64,000 bases of DNA, from assembly GCA_964106915.2 (NCBI GenBank), contig OZ066915.1; one strand, 5' to 3'. This DNA comes from Podarcis gaigeae (taxonomy: Eukaryota). The translations under genes were made by a program, and so were the position numbers. The notes below the pieces were generated by a model, which was not told the origin of the DNA, did not search any database, and saw nothing but the letters and a program-made list of their open reading frames with translations. This document shows positions 23,008-36,609 of this stretch, piece by piece. Within the stretch, counting starts at the first letter, position 1, and each line of letters opens with the position of its first letter.

Positions 23008-25862
23008 CTAAACAAAGAAGCACCACAGAAACATTGAAAATCCATTAGGCCGCTGCTACTTTTTCTGAAATCATAAAGGAGGTAAAAGCTCACGCTAATA
23101 ATTCTAACAACTCAGAAATGCAACATTATGTGAAACTTTACAGAATGTTACACTGCTTGCAGAACTGTCGAAACTTGGCCCTGTGGCTAACATTCCTGAG
23201 ATGCACAAGGGAAAGTAGTGTGACTATGTTCAAATCACTGAAAAAAAGGCCTTCTATAGTAGTTTCTCATAAAAAACTGTTTGTAACTGTTTCATCAGTG
23301 CTGTACCGTATGAACTGAGCAAGAAAAACCAAGAGCCCACCAGGATCATTGTTATATGCTTAGATTGTCTAGTTCCAGACCACAATCTTCAAAGGCAACC
23401 CCATGTATAATGCACTGTAGTAATCTACATAGACTACCAGACCAGAGAAACAGAACCTCGGCTGCCCCCATCCAGACAGAGAGACAGCTGGATCATCAGC
23501 TGCAGGTGATGAAGGGCACTCCACACCATGAAGATTACTATTTATATAGTGCCATATCATAAAATATCAAGATCTCCAGAGGAAGTAATGGAATCTAGAA
23601 GGACCCCACAAGCTGCATACCTGTTCCTTTGTGGTGTGAGACTCCACCCAAAACAGCTTGAACCCCACCCATCCAGTTTAAGGAACCACCCACTAACAGT
23701 ATCAGCCTTTCCTAGATTAAGCTTCTGGAAGGCTAAAAGTTCCACTTCCTTGGTATACGGCCTGATTTGATTAGATCAGCATGTCTGAGAGGCATGGCTT
23801 GCACATTGCAGGATTAGGGCTGCACTCCAGAAGCCAATTACTCTCTAGTTTCATTAGCCCGAACAGCCCTTCAGAAAACCTCCCTAGCAGTTTTGGGATA
23901 GGTTTGGGCATAGTAGCTTTAATTGCTCATCCAACTAATGTTAACTGGATTAATAAACTTCAAAAATATGTTGCTTATTCTTCAGATATATATAAAGGTG
24001 GTTTCTAAATGTTAAGGAGGGACACTGGTTACTCTGATCCACCACCGAGACAAGCTAGACAAGTCTGACAGCATTCTCAGCAACACCCATGAGAGTATTT
24101 CAACTTCAGACATGCAAAGGGGAAACCAACTAGAATAATGATGAAGTAATAAAACGCCCAGCAGACAGAGAGCAGAGCTTCACGATGCCAGCATGGGGAA
24201 AAGGCTGAAGTTAGTGTATTGTTCACTCATGTTAAACATAACTATGGACAAGCACTGGGTGCACTGCACCTGATAACAAGCTCCTTCAAGAAATGGATGT
24301 ATCAGTAAAGGTTCTTAAAGAGCAGAAGTGAAGGAAAAATAGACTCGAACTGAATTAATAGCTTGAATAAGTAAATACTTGATTCAGAAGCATGGTTACA
24401 GTTTTACTTCTCTGCCTGATGAGACCCTGAAAGTATTTTCTTCATAATGTTCAGCATCTGCCTAACAACATTTGTATATATTGTTATGGGTGTATCCATT
24501 TAGAGATTCCCTTGTAACTTGTACAAAAACAATTGTGAGGACTGGATATTTAACCAAGCTTTGGCTCATAGGATTGCCTCTAAATAAGACTCATGTATGA
24601 TCCACTCAACGAGGATTCCATAAATCTGCTTACTTCATGACAAGTAACAAGTGCTGTTCCTCCATTTGACATGCACCAACGAACCTTTGCTGGTGGGAAA
24701 CTAGAAGTACCTTCAGGGAAGAAAACGGAAATACACTTTTTCTTCTGAAGGTTGCCCTGCAGCAGCTTCATACAAAAACCCAGCTGGAAAGGGGGAGGGG
24801 AAAGCCCTCCTTATTTCTTCTCCCATAGAGAAAAAATGTGGTATATTTCCCTTCCCGTTCAGCTTCTGCAACTGGCAGCAACCATTTGCTAGTGGCTCAT
24901 TCCTCCATGAAGGAAAGGAAAGTTAGCTGCAGTTTTGCATGTTAAGACTTTTGCAGAAGACAGGGTCAGTCCTGCAAATCCTAACAGGAAGGTAAACACT
25001 CCCTTTGTTATTCTACAACAGGCGTGTTCAACTCCCAAGAGACTGTGATCTACTCCCAGTATAAACAAACAAACAAACAAACTGGCAGTGATCTACCCAT
25101 TGCCATTGGAGGGAGGAGTGTGCGTGGGGTGGGTGGATTGCCCAGAATTGTTGAGCACAGTTTTGAAGCTTTTCGCCTGTCAATTTTTGTACACAATAAG
25201 GTTGCTGCAATCTACCAGGATCAGCTGGGGGGGGGGGGGTCCTACTGGTTGGACATCTCTGTTCTACAAGAACAGGGGGAGGAGAGGCAGCGATCCATGG
25301 CTTGTACTTTTGCAAAATTTGCATAACAGAAGCCACCTCTTCTTTCTCCTCCACCCCTATTCCTTGCAGAGGGAAAACATTTACTTTCCCTTCCTAGTGG
25401 GCTTCGGCAAGATGCAGCAACAGCAAGGTGCTACTTGCACCTTCTGCAAGAGCCTAACACAAAGCCAAACACTTCTCAGAGTTCTCTGCACAAATAAACG
25501 AGTAAGCCAAGACAAAATGTACGTGCAAGTGCCTGCATGTCAACATGTGATAATTCCAGAAGCCAATCTAAGTGTACTCACTGACTTGGCGACATGCCTG
25601 ATCATGACAATTATAGGTCAGAAAATACACATCACTTATATCCTCCTACATTCTTTTGGCCAAGGTTCAGCCAAGACACTGGAAAATCGTGAGCTACACC
25701 ACCTGCTGATCACACAGCTCTATTACACAACTTTTCCGGGCGTATATCTGCCCCGCCCCCCACACAAGTGGATGATGTACAGCTATCTAATTACACACAA
25801 GAATACAGGACTTTGACTACAGTAAAAATCACAGTGATAGATTGCAAGGAGTTTATATTTAC

Positions 25863-26003
25863 CTGAGCAATAGCTGCTTCAGTATCAGCCATCCCCAGCA
25901 GGAAGATCCTCACTTTGTCTATCTTCACTGGCACTGTTCTTCCCCTCCATTCTACCTCACTCATAGTGGCTGCCTGCTTTGCTCGGGTTTGGGTGATTAA
26001 TGA
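25863..26003 (-). CDS. SRP68: SRP68 exon 8 (SLITQTRAKQAATMSEVEWRGRTVPVKIDKVRIFLLGMADTEAAIAQ)
   Basis: Within ORF 25791..26069; AG/GT; 141 nt. Confidence 0.97.
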
Positions 26004-26694
26004 CTGCAAAACAGAGAAGCTACTTTTTAGAAATGCAAATAGAAGGTTGTATTCCCCACAATATTTCACCTAGATCTGTGCAACAATCACGATGACAGCC
26101 ATAAAATCTGCCTGTTTCAGTTTTTAAAAAATTAATCTGATAACACATTCTTTTTTTTTAATAAGCAGTTTGTCATATCCCCTAAAGGCAAGCAATTATC
26201 AGAAATCAAAATATTTATAGTATTTTTTAAAAAATGCTCCTAAAACCACTAAGGACTCTTCTGTTTATTATGCTTAGTCAGAAAATCCTTGCCTACATAA
26301 AATTATCTAGATCAGGGTTGTCCATCATAAAGTCAGGGAGTGCTATCAGATCTCTTAGCGAGGATCCCAGTGTGTTCCATGGCACTTTTACTACACTCAG
26401 CAAAAATGACTAAACCACCTTCAGTGATCATATGCATCTGGTATGTATCTGCTTTGCTAGGTGGCTAGTTGGAGGAGGAGGAGGAGGAGGAGAGGAACGT
26501 TCCAAGTCTTCCAGGACACAACTACTACTATCTGCATGTTATTCATTTTAACATAATAGCTTTCCATGTCTGCAGGACACACTAGATGGCAAGTTTTCTC
26601 TACAACCCATCCAAGTTTGACACTATTGGTCTAAGTTCAGGCTTATGCCAACTTCTGCAAGAAAGGCTCTTTTAAAAAAAAGAGAGCAGATTAC

Positions 26695-26777
26695 CTCAAG
26701 TTTTTCAGCAAGAAGCCCCTCAGTGCCTCCAGATCTCAGTCTCATTTGCATTAGCTCACTAATAGCAGACTGGTCAC
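26695..26777 (-). CDS. SRP68: SRP68 exon 7 (GDQSAISELMQMRLRSGGTEGLLAEKLE)
   Basis: Within ORF 26623..26817; AG/GT; 83 nt. Confidence 0.96.
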
Positions 26778-27893
26778 CTAAGAAACAAATAGCAGTGTAC
26801 AATATGTGATCTAGCACATTTTGTTACATTGTGAGAAAACAATTCCAAGCCTCGTGATTGTGAAGTAAATGTAAAGAACACTGGGAGCAACATGTTACAT
26901 TTGTGTCCTGAATATGTATGCACGAAACAGATATGCTGTAATGATAAACGCCAATTTGCAACAGTGGGCTGAGAAAGGCAACTCTGTAGTTACTGGCTAT
27001 TTGGGGTTATTGGGTTGTTGTTTTTATTTTGATTGTATATATTGTGGTTTTCATGTTGATCTTTTCTGTGAACCGCCCTGAGACCTTCGGGTATAGGGTG
27101 GTATATAAATTCAATAAATAATAATAAATAATTCTCATAATATTTTCAGCCCATGCTAAAAAGAGATGCTAACTATGCACAAGGACCCCCAAATTTACAA
27201 ACCTTCGTTCTTAAAGGAAAGTTACATATTATTCAGTTGAAAGTAGTTTCATCTGTGGTAGAAGACAGAACATGGGGGGATTTCTCAAACCTTTCACTTT
27301 AAAAGCTACCAATTTTTTAATCTATAAAGGAAAAAGTACTGCTGTTTCAGTGAGGAGAAAGCACAGGGGGTGGTAATTTTCAGCAGGAAAAAAAAATGCT
27401 GGAAAGAGAAGGGTAAGATCCTCCTCACGTGAAGATTGCAGCTTTAGCAGCTTCTTCAGGAAAAAACTGCAAGACACATGTACTTTGGACTTTATTTTAA
27501 ATGACCAGGTTTTTGTCAAGTATTTTCTGCCCCAAGATCAAAGAAAGTAATGGAAAAATTGGGATATTAATTACTGCATAGAAGTGAGGGGGGGGGGAGC
27601 AAGCACCTAGATCCAACTCATAACCATTAAAGCCCAATTTTGATTCTTGTTTTCTCAGCATTCTGTGTTCTCCAGAGCATTTTCAAGCTCTTTTTTGCAA
27701 TTATGACAGGCAGAACTATTCCAAATAAAAGCAGAAATTACCAAAACATCAAGCTGAGGGACACTCTGGACTTTAAACGGTGCACCAAGAATATGCTTAT
27801 GTATGTATTGCCCCTTCGATCTCTTTTGGCAGGCCAGCAAATGTAAACAGTACTAGCAGTCTTTTAAAATATGTTTTTTCTTGGTTTACTTAC

Positions 27894-28003
27894 CAATATT
27901 ATAAGCACAATAACGAATATTTGGGGAGATCTCCTCCACTCGCTGATTATATAGTATAGCCTGCTCATCTGTGAAAGCACTAGCCAGCTTTTCATATATG
28001 GTT
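27894..28003 (-). CDS. SRP68: SRP68 exon 6 (TIYEKLASAFTDEQAILYNQRVEEISPNIRYCAYNI)
   Basis: Translation match; AG/GT; 110 nt. Confidence 0.96.
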
Positions 28004-28120
28004 CTGCAGCAGAAAGAGAAAAACTTAATAGTTTTACAACAATGACAGTCCTTTCTCTTTAAAATAAATTACTGTTAACAGTACTGAGTTGTTCTTACAA
28101 AGGGCTTTTAACTTTAGTTA

Positions 28121-28347
28121 CAGGCAGGTAGCCGTGTTGGTCTGCCGTAGTCGAAACAAAATAAAAAACTTCCTTCCAGTAGCACCTTAGAGACCAACTA
28201 AGTTTGTTATTGGTATGAGCTTTCATGGGCATGCACACTTCTTCAGAATTAGTATATGAAGAAGTGTGCATGCACACGAAAGCTCATACCAATAACAAAC
28301 TTAGTTGGTGTCTAAGGTGCTACTGGAAGGAAGTTTTTTATTTTGTT
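28121..28347. mobile_element. Penelope-like element remnant forming a 91-bp-arm inverted repeat with hammerhead-like cores
   Basis: Arms 28155-28245 and 28257-28347 with 3 mismatches; CTGAAGA-stem-GAAAGCTC motif. Confidence 0.7.
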
Positions 28348-28528
28348 CCTTTTAACTTTATTATCATGCTACTCAGTAGGACAACTACTCTGGGTCCAAA
28401 ACTGATGGGAGGCGGGATTTATATTGGAACACAGAGAAGAATTTGCGTGGAAAAACTCATCAACATGTGATAGGATTAGTTTAACTGTTTCATGTTAACA
28501 AAGCAATAGGAAGGATGGGCAAACTCAC

Positions 28529-28611
28529 TTGCATTTGTTGAATGCTTCCATTGCTGCTTTCCATTCCTGGCGCTCAAAGCGGAGCATACCTGTGAGGTAT
28601 GCTGTATATGC
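28529..28611 (-). CDS. SRP68: SRP68 exon 5 (AYTAYLTGMLRFERQEWKAAMEAFNKCK)
   Basis: Translation match; AG/GT; 83 nt. Confidence 0.96.
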
Positions 28612-28748
28612 CTGTAAATCAAGGAGAGGTGCCTATTAGTCGGTGCAATAGTACAGTCTCAGTCTACAGCCAGCAAGAATACAGCCAGCATTCATATAGT
28701 AAACCTGGCATTCGGCCCTAACATTTACATCACTACATACATCATACA

Positions 28749-29113
28749 GGGACGCAGGTGGCGCTGTGGGTTAAAGCCCCAGCGCCTAGGGCTTGCCGAT
28801 CGAAAGGTCGGCGGTTCGAATCCCTGCGGCGGGGTGCGCTCCCGCTGCTCGGTCCCAGCGCCTGCCAACCTAGCAGTTCGAAAGCACCTCCGGGTGCAAG
28901 TAGATAAATAGGGACCGCTTACCAGCGGGAAGGTAAACGGCGTTTCCGTGTGCGGCTCTGGCTCGGCAGAGCAGCGATGTCACGCTGGCCACGTGACCCG
29001 GAAGTGTCTCCGGACAGCGCTGGCCCCTGGCCTCTTAAGTGAGATGGGCGCACAACCCCAGAGTCTGGCAAGACTGGCCCCTACGGGCAGGGGTACCTTT
29101 ACCTTTACCTTTT
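28749..29113 (+). mobile_element. Sauria SINE in SRP68 intron 4
   Basis: GGGACGCAGGTGGCGCTG head, GGTTCGAATCC B box, (ACCTTT)n tail; TSD ATACATCATACA. Confidence 0.92.
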
Positions 29114-31336
29114 TATACATCATACAAGTTATACATTCATGTTTTGAATTCATGTTTTCAGAAACCTAACCCCAAGTGAAAAGGCTTTAGCAATTATGTG
29201 ATGCTGTTTTGAAAGACACGTTACTAAGACTTGTAGTACTTACTGGCCAGTTGTTGCGCAAGTATTCATGCTACACCACCACACAGAGGGTGTTCAGGTG
29301 AATGAAAAAACATGTGCACTATAATAAGTAAATCATTAAGCTGCCAAAGTCAAATAGCTGCCTGGGTGTGATAAGTCACAAATCAGCATATTCTAGCATA
29401 GATAATATTTTTGGAACAAATTCCTAAAGGATGTGTTTATCAATTGCTATTAGCTCAGGCAGCTAAAAATGGAATGCACTGAGGAAGCCCGATTACCAGA
29501 TGCTGAGAATCACTTGTAAGTTTCAGGTATTTTTAGACACAGTGCTAGACTAGGTAGAATTTTACCCTGACTCAGCACAGCAATTTTTTTATTCTTTCTT
29601 GGGTTTTTTCTGTGCTCTGCCGACAGTCAGTTTCCTATTCACTAAATACACGAGCTAGGCCCCAAACTCCCACCTCACTCTTCTTGGTTCTGCCTCAATC
29701 AAGGAATCCCAGGATTTGTAAAAATGAAAGCCCCATCCCTTGTAGGTTATAGCCCTGCGGGGGCTTAGTTTAACAAGAGGGCTGCAATCATTTCTGGGCA
29801 ACCTTCCAGGGGTAGCATGCCAGGAGTTGGCAGCACCAGAGGCAAAAATGAGAAGAACAGCAAATGTGAATTTTACCTTTATGCAATAGGCTAGTTTATA
29901 CATACACACACACACACCTCCCTATGCTTCGCCCCCAAAAAGGAAGCAGCATTTATTAGAGTTCAAGGACTCTAATAAACACTGAAAGAAGAAAGCAGGG
30001 CTGGTGCGAGATGTGACCTGGGGAGAATACCACAGGCGAAACAAAGAGACCCAAGTCCTTATCCCTGCTACTGTCTGACCGTTCCCAGAAAAGGTTCATT
30101 TTATATATGGGAGTTCCACTGGAAATATTAGGTAATGGTTGCTACATCAGAAGATATACCGCAAAATGTTGCTGTGCACCTTAACCTCCTAGCAGGAGTG
30201 TTCCTGTTCAGGTTTCCAGCCAGCCAGCCTTACCCTCCTCCAATATACGCTGCAAGGAGTTCAAGCAGAATATTCCCTGGCTTTCTGTTCCAACTGACAC
30301 TCAACATCCTGTGACTATAGAATACTCCTCACCAGAGTAGGGGATTTCTTTTTTAGGGCAGAGATAATAATTGTTATTTATTTTTCCAAACTTTATAGAG
30401 TTCTTCCAAACAGGCTGATACCTCCTTCCTGTTTCTCAGCCTAAAGTTGAAAGTGAATGGCAGGACAATTATCTTTGCTTCCTATATGACAGCATGAAGA
30501 TTCAGCCTTCTGGACAGAAGGTGCAAAATGTCAGATTTGAACTTCCATAAATTGATACGCTACAGCCTGATATTTCCAAAAACCGAGCGGTGTTCAACTA
30601 CTGCATCTCATCAGCACAACTATTTCAAGTTGCATGACAATTTCCCTCTCTATTTTTGCTGTGCATGGCCTGCACACACCCCAAATCTGCTCCAGAGGGT
30701 TGGGGAAACCCTTAGAACAGATTTAGAGGTTGCATGGAACAGGGTGCAGGGAAGGGTGTTCCTTTGCACAAGCCAAAATTATTGCACTGACAAAACATTA
30801 ACTTAGCACTATATTGGATTCCACTCACCATCCTCAAATATATCACTTGTCAACCTTCCATCACATGTCCTTATATATGTAAATAACAGAGCCTGCTATT
30901 TCAAACAAGCATTTGCATCTCCTGACCTTTTTGCTGCATCTGCTATGGCATACTATAGTTCTTTAGTCCCAGGTAGACTACAAGAGGAAACACTGGCTAA
31001 GCAGCATACATATCGGCCAGCTGGAAACATTCTATGGGCTGAACCCAACCAGACTCCTGTCTAAGATTAGCTGCTATCTGCTTTCTTTCCCCATTTTCTG
31101 TACTGGTTTTCAGATTAATGATCTGTCTCAAACTTCACAGACCACTATTCTGATTCAGTGAAACTGTTATTTAACTTGGGCTTAAAAAGTCGCTACAAAT
31201 ATACTGGACATTCCTAACCTAATCTCCACAGGAAGTTTTAACATTATTTACAATTCAGATTCATTTATCCAACATGAAACAAAATGTCAGTTTATATCTT
31301 CTATGCTATAAAAGGGTTTTGAAAGTTAGCAGTAAC

Positions 31337-31532
31337 CTGAGCTTCCAGCTTGGTCTTGGCATCCACGCGGTTGCTTTCACACAGGCGCTCCAGCTCCTCA
31401 GCATGTTTTACTGCTTTGCGCAGGCGAGATAACAAGTGGAATCGTTTGCGAGGTTCTGTGTTGGCTTCCTGCTTAAGCTGCATGGCATAACTCCAGGCTC
31501 TCTCGGCATCCATCAGAATCAAGAGCAAGTAT
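31337..31532 (-). CDS. SRP68: SRP68 exon 4 (YLLLILMDAERAWSYAMQLKQEANTEPRKRFHLLSRLRKAVKHAEELERLCESNRVDAKTKLEAQ)
   Basis: ORF 31301..31528 near-identical to SRP68 RNA-binding domain; AG/GT; 196 nt. Confidence 0.98.
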
Positions 31533-31883
31533 CTAGTGTAAGAAAAGTAAAGACAGCTTAAAAACCTATTCCAAACAAATTTCTTTCCTTTATTTCACCT
31601 GGGCAATAAAAACCCATGGAACAAGTTCTGCTGTGGTTAGGACACATTTATCTACCCCATCACCTTTAAAGCCTTGATCGCACATCCTGAAGACCATTCT
31701 CCTTTTGCGTAACTTAAAATTTGTAGGGAAACTGCCTGTATTTTTTTTTAAAAAAAACCTGCTTTGTTGATGTCTAGTTGTTTTCGTTGCCAAATGTTAT
31801 TGATATTCATACAAGTTGTATTCAATTTATTGTATTGGTATGTGTGTTTTTATTCCTTTATTTTATTTCTTAAATGGCATATA

Positions 31884-32116
31884 ACGTCGTACCTTGGTTT
31901 TCGAACAGTTTAGTTCCCGAATGTTTTGGTTCCTGAACATGGCAAACCCAGAAGTGACTGTTCCGGTTTGCAAAATATTTTTGGAAGCCAAACCTCCAGC
32001 AGGGCTTCTGATTGGCTGCAGGACCTTCCTGCAGAAGCCGCGATTTGGTTTTCAAACATTTTGGAAGTCGAACCGAGTACCGGAACAGATTCTGTTCGAC
32101 TTCCAAGGTACGACTA
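31884..32116. mobile_element. Tigger-like MITE (older)
   Basis: GTCGTACCTTGG..TCGAAC / GTTCGAC..CCAAGGTACGAC inverted ends. Confidence 0.65.
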
Positions 32117-32604
32117 TACATAGTATGAATGTATAAATAAATAACCAACCTCAGTTTCAGATGTAGTGTAAAAACCTGGAGGTGGTACAGGTCCCTTGAG
32201 CAAATTGTTTTGAGGTTGGCTGTGGTCCCTGTTTTGGACTGTGCCATCCACACTGAACCTACGAGGTCCTATGCTGCTCCTTGGACTAGCAATGATCAAC
32301 ACAGGAAAGGGGGTAGCTCCGAATTAGCTTCTGAACTTTTTCATTCAAATATGTGGAATCTTGATACTCAAATCCCATTTTATCTAAAGAATCCCAACAG
32401 TTAACCCAACAATCCGATCCCACAACAAAGTAGAAAGAAACAAAGATGGCATTTTGCCCTCCCGCCCACAAAGAAATTAACATACAAATATGCATATTGA
32501 AGTCTGGTAGTCAGGATACTGATTTCCAAGTCACTACATTTAAAGGGGAAAAAGATCAGTAATCCGCTTCAAAACATTTTTAGAATACTGAGCAGGGCTG
32601 CCTA

Positions 32605-32916
32605 CCATATTTTCTGCTCTATAAGACGCACCCAACCATGAGACGCACCTAGTTTTTAGAGGAGGAAAACAAGAAACAAGAAAGCAACACAAAGCCGCTT
32701 GAGCGAAGAGGCAGGAGCGCTCCGGCTGCGCTCAAGAGGCTTTGCATGGCTATCCCTGAAGCCAGGAGAGCAAGAGGGATTGATGCGCAATAATCCCTCT
32801 TGCTCTTCTGGCTTCAGCAATAGCTGTGCAGCCTGCATTCGCTCCATAAGATGCACACACATTTTCCCTTACTTTTTAGGAGGGGGAAAGTGCATCTTAT
32901 AGAGCAAAAAATATGG
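32605..32916. mobile_element. Tc2-like MITE
   Basis: TIRs CCATATTTT..CTCTATAAGACGCAC / GTGCATCTTATAGAGCAAAAAATATGG; fragment also at ~7440-7505. Confidence 0.75.
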
Positions 32917-33166
32917 TGTTTTGAAGTTGAACAGTCCTCTCCTCTCCTCACCAGAACCCCAAATCTGCAGCACACAGTTGAATAATGTCACCCATGGTGA
33001 TGGGGGAATAGCACTGCTAAGGTACATGTAGTCAAAAGCAATTGATATAAGCATGCGGCACCATTTCCCTTTACTACTGATTGAGAGATATAATCAGAAG
33101 CTTATAACTTTACCTGCCCCTTTTGGCAAATAAAAAAATCAGCACGGCTATTGAGCATCCTAGTAC

Positions 33167-33280
33167 CTGTTGTCAGATAACAGTTCTTCTGTTACTTTCT
33201 TGCCTGTGAACTTGTGCCTATTTCCCATCTTGAAGTTAAGAGTTTTTCTGAGTCTTCTTAGTCGTCGGGAGCAGTAACCT
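33167..33280 (-). CDS. SRP68: SRP68 exon 3 (GYCSRRLRRLRKTLNFKMGNRHKFTGKKVTEELLSDNR)
   Basis: Translation match; AG/GT boundaries; 114 nt. Confidence 0.96.
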
Positions 33281-33855
33281 CTGAAGAGAAAAACCACAAC
33301 TTTTTAGTTCTTACAAAGAATAGAACTTGGGCTGGATTCAACTAAATAGGTTCCAGGAGCCAATGCAACAAGCCCTGCTAGCCTAGTGGGGTTCCCCCTC
33401 CCCACTTTGCTTGGGAAGGCAAGGAGAATCCCCAGAACAGTGTGTGGAAGGAGGGGATGGGAGTTTGTTCTGTCTGGCAAGCTTGCACTAACAGAAGGAT
33501 AGGATTTACACAATGTTGAATTCCATTTTTTGCCTCCTATTTGACTAAGAAAAAGGAGGACAGTACAAACAAACCTAGAGCTATAATACATTTCATATAT
33601 TAGAGGGCCCTATGTGTGGCTGTCATCAGTTTTTACAGTGGAAGACAGTAGTCATAGCCAAAATGTTAATAATCAGGAAATCTTGGCAGCCTACATGACA
33701 GATTTATAGAACTGAATGGAACCACAAAGCAGCTGCTTTAGAGTGGTGCACCAAATGGCTTATGGAAATGAAGCCTTTAGTGCCTAGGTAACACACGAGT
33801 TCTGAGTAAGTAGCTTTCCATTCAGTGTTTTGCATACTCCTCTACACACCTGTAG

Positions 33856-34170
33856 GGGACGCGGGTGGCGCTGTGGGTTAAATCACAGAGCCTAGGACTT
33901 GCCGATCAGAAGGTCGGCGGTTCGAATCCCCGCGACGGGGTGAGCTCCCATTGCTTGGTCCCTGCTCCTGCCAACCTAGCAGTTCGAAAGCACGTCAAAG
34001 TGCAAGTAGATAAATAGGTACCGCTCCGGCGGGAAGGTAAACGGCGTTTCCGTGCACTGCTCTAGTTCGCCAGAAGCAGCTTAGTCCCTCGGCCAATAAA
34101 GCAAGATGAGTGCCGCAACCCCAGAGTCGGCCCCGACTGGACCTAATGGTCAGGGGTCCCTTTACCTTTA
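33856..34170 (+). mobile_element. Sauria SINE in SRP68 intron 2
   Basis: Full head and tail; TSD CTACACACCTGTA at 33842 and 34171. Confidence 0.92.
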
Positions 34171-34749
34171 CTACACACCTGTAAAAGCTGTATTATATAG
34201 ATTATATGCAACACCCATGCTAGTGCTTTATAGAATTGAAGAAAAAAGCCACCCAACAATTTAACGATTCAAATAAATGGGGAAGTATCTTTAGATGTTA
34301 AGTAGATACAAATTTTCATAAATAAGTGGAAGGAACAGGTTCTCTAAAACTAGGTATGCCATACACCCGGAATTTCCCAGACATAGCCCTCGTAAACAGT
34401 GTCTGGGTGGAAATCGCTGAAATATCCGGGGAAACCCAGTTGTATGGCAGCCCATGTTCGTAGTGTAGATTTTGGTGAATTTCAATAAATGTAGCTCAAA
34501 AGTTTTTTGGGGTTTTTTTTTTAAAGAAGCTCAACAATTTTGGGTAAAACTTTAAAAAGCTCAACAATTTTAGGGGTGGGGGGAGAAGCAGCTCAACAAC
34601 TTTTGTGTCCAGATTTTCACTTTTTGAAATATGGCAGCCCTGCTAAAACTCCAGAAAGAACTAGCATCTGTTTAGACCTAGTCATTTAAATAAAGACAAA
34701 AGGACATTGGCAGCAAATCATTCCCATTCGTTATTCCTAGTATACCAAC

Positions 34750-34816
34750 CTGTATCTCTGAAAATCACCATGCCGTAACCCATGTTGCTGTTGCGATTCC
34801 TTAACAATCTGAAGGA
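34750..34816 (-). CDS. SRP68: SRP68 exon 2 (ILQIVKESQQQHGLRHGDFQRYR)
   Basis: Translation matches SRP68; AG/GT boundaries; 67 nt. Confidence 0.96.
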
Positions 34817-36609
34817 CTGAAGAACTTGTTAAGGAAACGTTAAACAGGATGCTAAAGATGTATCATTAAAATGACAGCTGTTATTTGGAGCACATGTAAA
34901 TAACTAACTTTCTATTTTGTAATATTACACTGATACTTATTTCTGAACTGGGAAAGCGTTAAACAAAATAAGTTTTACAGATTACCACAAGTAGAATTCA
35001 CTGGAAAGCCAATACAACTGTGTATATCAATGTTAGCTTGAAGATCACTGTTTAAATTCAGTTAAACTATATTTTAGGAAACCCAATGGTTCCTTATATA
35101 TTTATAAAGAGATATTTGATGTTGAGATAAAGTTGAGATAGGCCAATGAGTATAGTAAGAGTAGTAAGTGTACAGATAAATTCAAAAAGAAGCCATAAAG
35201 TAGTCTATATTTTACATTTCCCATCTGCCTTTTCAGTAACGCAAGAAGAGTAAACACTTAAAATAATGAAGTATCAAAAATTCATTGGGTCTTCTGATCA
35301 GTTCTTAATAAAATTTTAAAAATCAACCTTTCTAGGCTCCAAACGCACAATATAAAAAGCATGAACTACCGGTTCCCTCTTCCTGAATCCACAGAAACAA
35401 AGATATTTATTAAATCTTAATATTTATGGAAAGTCAGCCAATTAGCAAAACAAAGGGTAGAGGACAATAGCAAGCAAGCATAAATGCTCACCTTATTTCA
35501 AGATAGCTAATACTGCATGTGGCAATTGCACAGTTTGGGATATTGAATTTCTGAAATGGTATACTTTCCAGTAGGTTTCAATGAACTGCTACAACTGTCC
35601 ACTATGAACACATTGCAGTATTTAGTGGTAGCTCTGGAGAAGGAGGCAAAAAATATGCCTTTAAATTATTTTCTGGGACACACAACACATTTCTACATGA
35701 TCACCAGTTACTTTTAATCCCAATCACCGAATTAACTTTCAAACACTGACCTTTGTTCATCTGACAATTTGATGCTGCCCTCATCAATCCATAAACAACT
35801 ATTTCACTCTATATCAGAGTATATCTATTCCACAACAATGGCCTCTCGTCTCCCCCACAGTCTAAATTGTAAGCATCTAGGTGCAATGACTTTGTGGAAG
35901 TTTTTATTTTAAACTTGTATTGCTTGGTAAAGTGTTACATATGCTGGTAACACCAAGGAAAAATCAATTTCACCAAAAGATCCACAAAGTTTAGCAAAAT
36001 AACACTTTGGGCCTGGATTTCTTTCCACGGTATAACATTTCATTTTTATATAGCAGTTATGAATATTTCTCCACAATGTCCAACAGCACAGGACTGCTAT
36101 ATCAGTCAAAAGAGTTTAGCAGTACTTCTATAATCTGCTATAAGGAGCAGATTACAAAGGAAAGACCCCCCCACCCCAGAAAAATGCATATGAAACCAAA
36201 TAATTCCAAAGAATAACTCTTTCCTCCAAAAAGAGATCGGTAAGCAGGGCTCAGCTATCTTTGATACAAATGGCACACGGATTTCACATTTCAACACTGC
36301 TTTTTTCCCAGGTAATAAGTCTGCCATGGCCTACTGCCACAAAATAAATTCCGCCTTTCAGAAACAGGCGTGGTCTGCAAATCCAGGCGGTTTAGGGGGT
36401 GGTAGTGGAAAGAGAAAGTTCTTCTTAAATATGCCATATGTTGCTGGATCCCAAATCCATTCTGTCAAAATCTCAAGGAGTAACAGCCCCCCCCCAACAA
36501 AAAAAAACCCCCGACCACCCCATAACGCCTGGCTGAAAAGCTAAGATGGGCGGGGTATATATAATCAAATTATTATTAATTATTACTAATATGCTGCTCT
36601 GCATCCCTA

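Noticed and set aside
25088-25816. 242-aa plus-strand ORF antisense within SRP68 intron 8
   Set aside because: Non-ATG start, no recognisable domain, low-complexity G-runs; likely chance.
33856-33940. tRNA gene (A/B boxes, GGTTCGAATCC)
   Set aside because: It is the tRNA-derived head of a Sauria SINE, not a cloverleaf tRNA gene.
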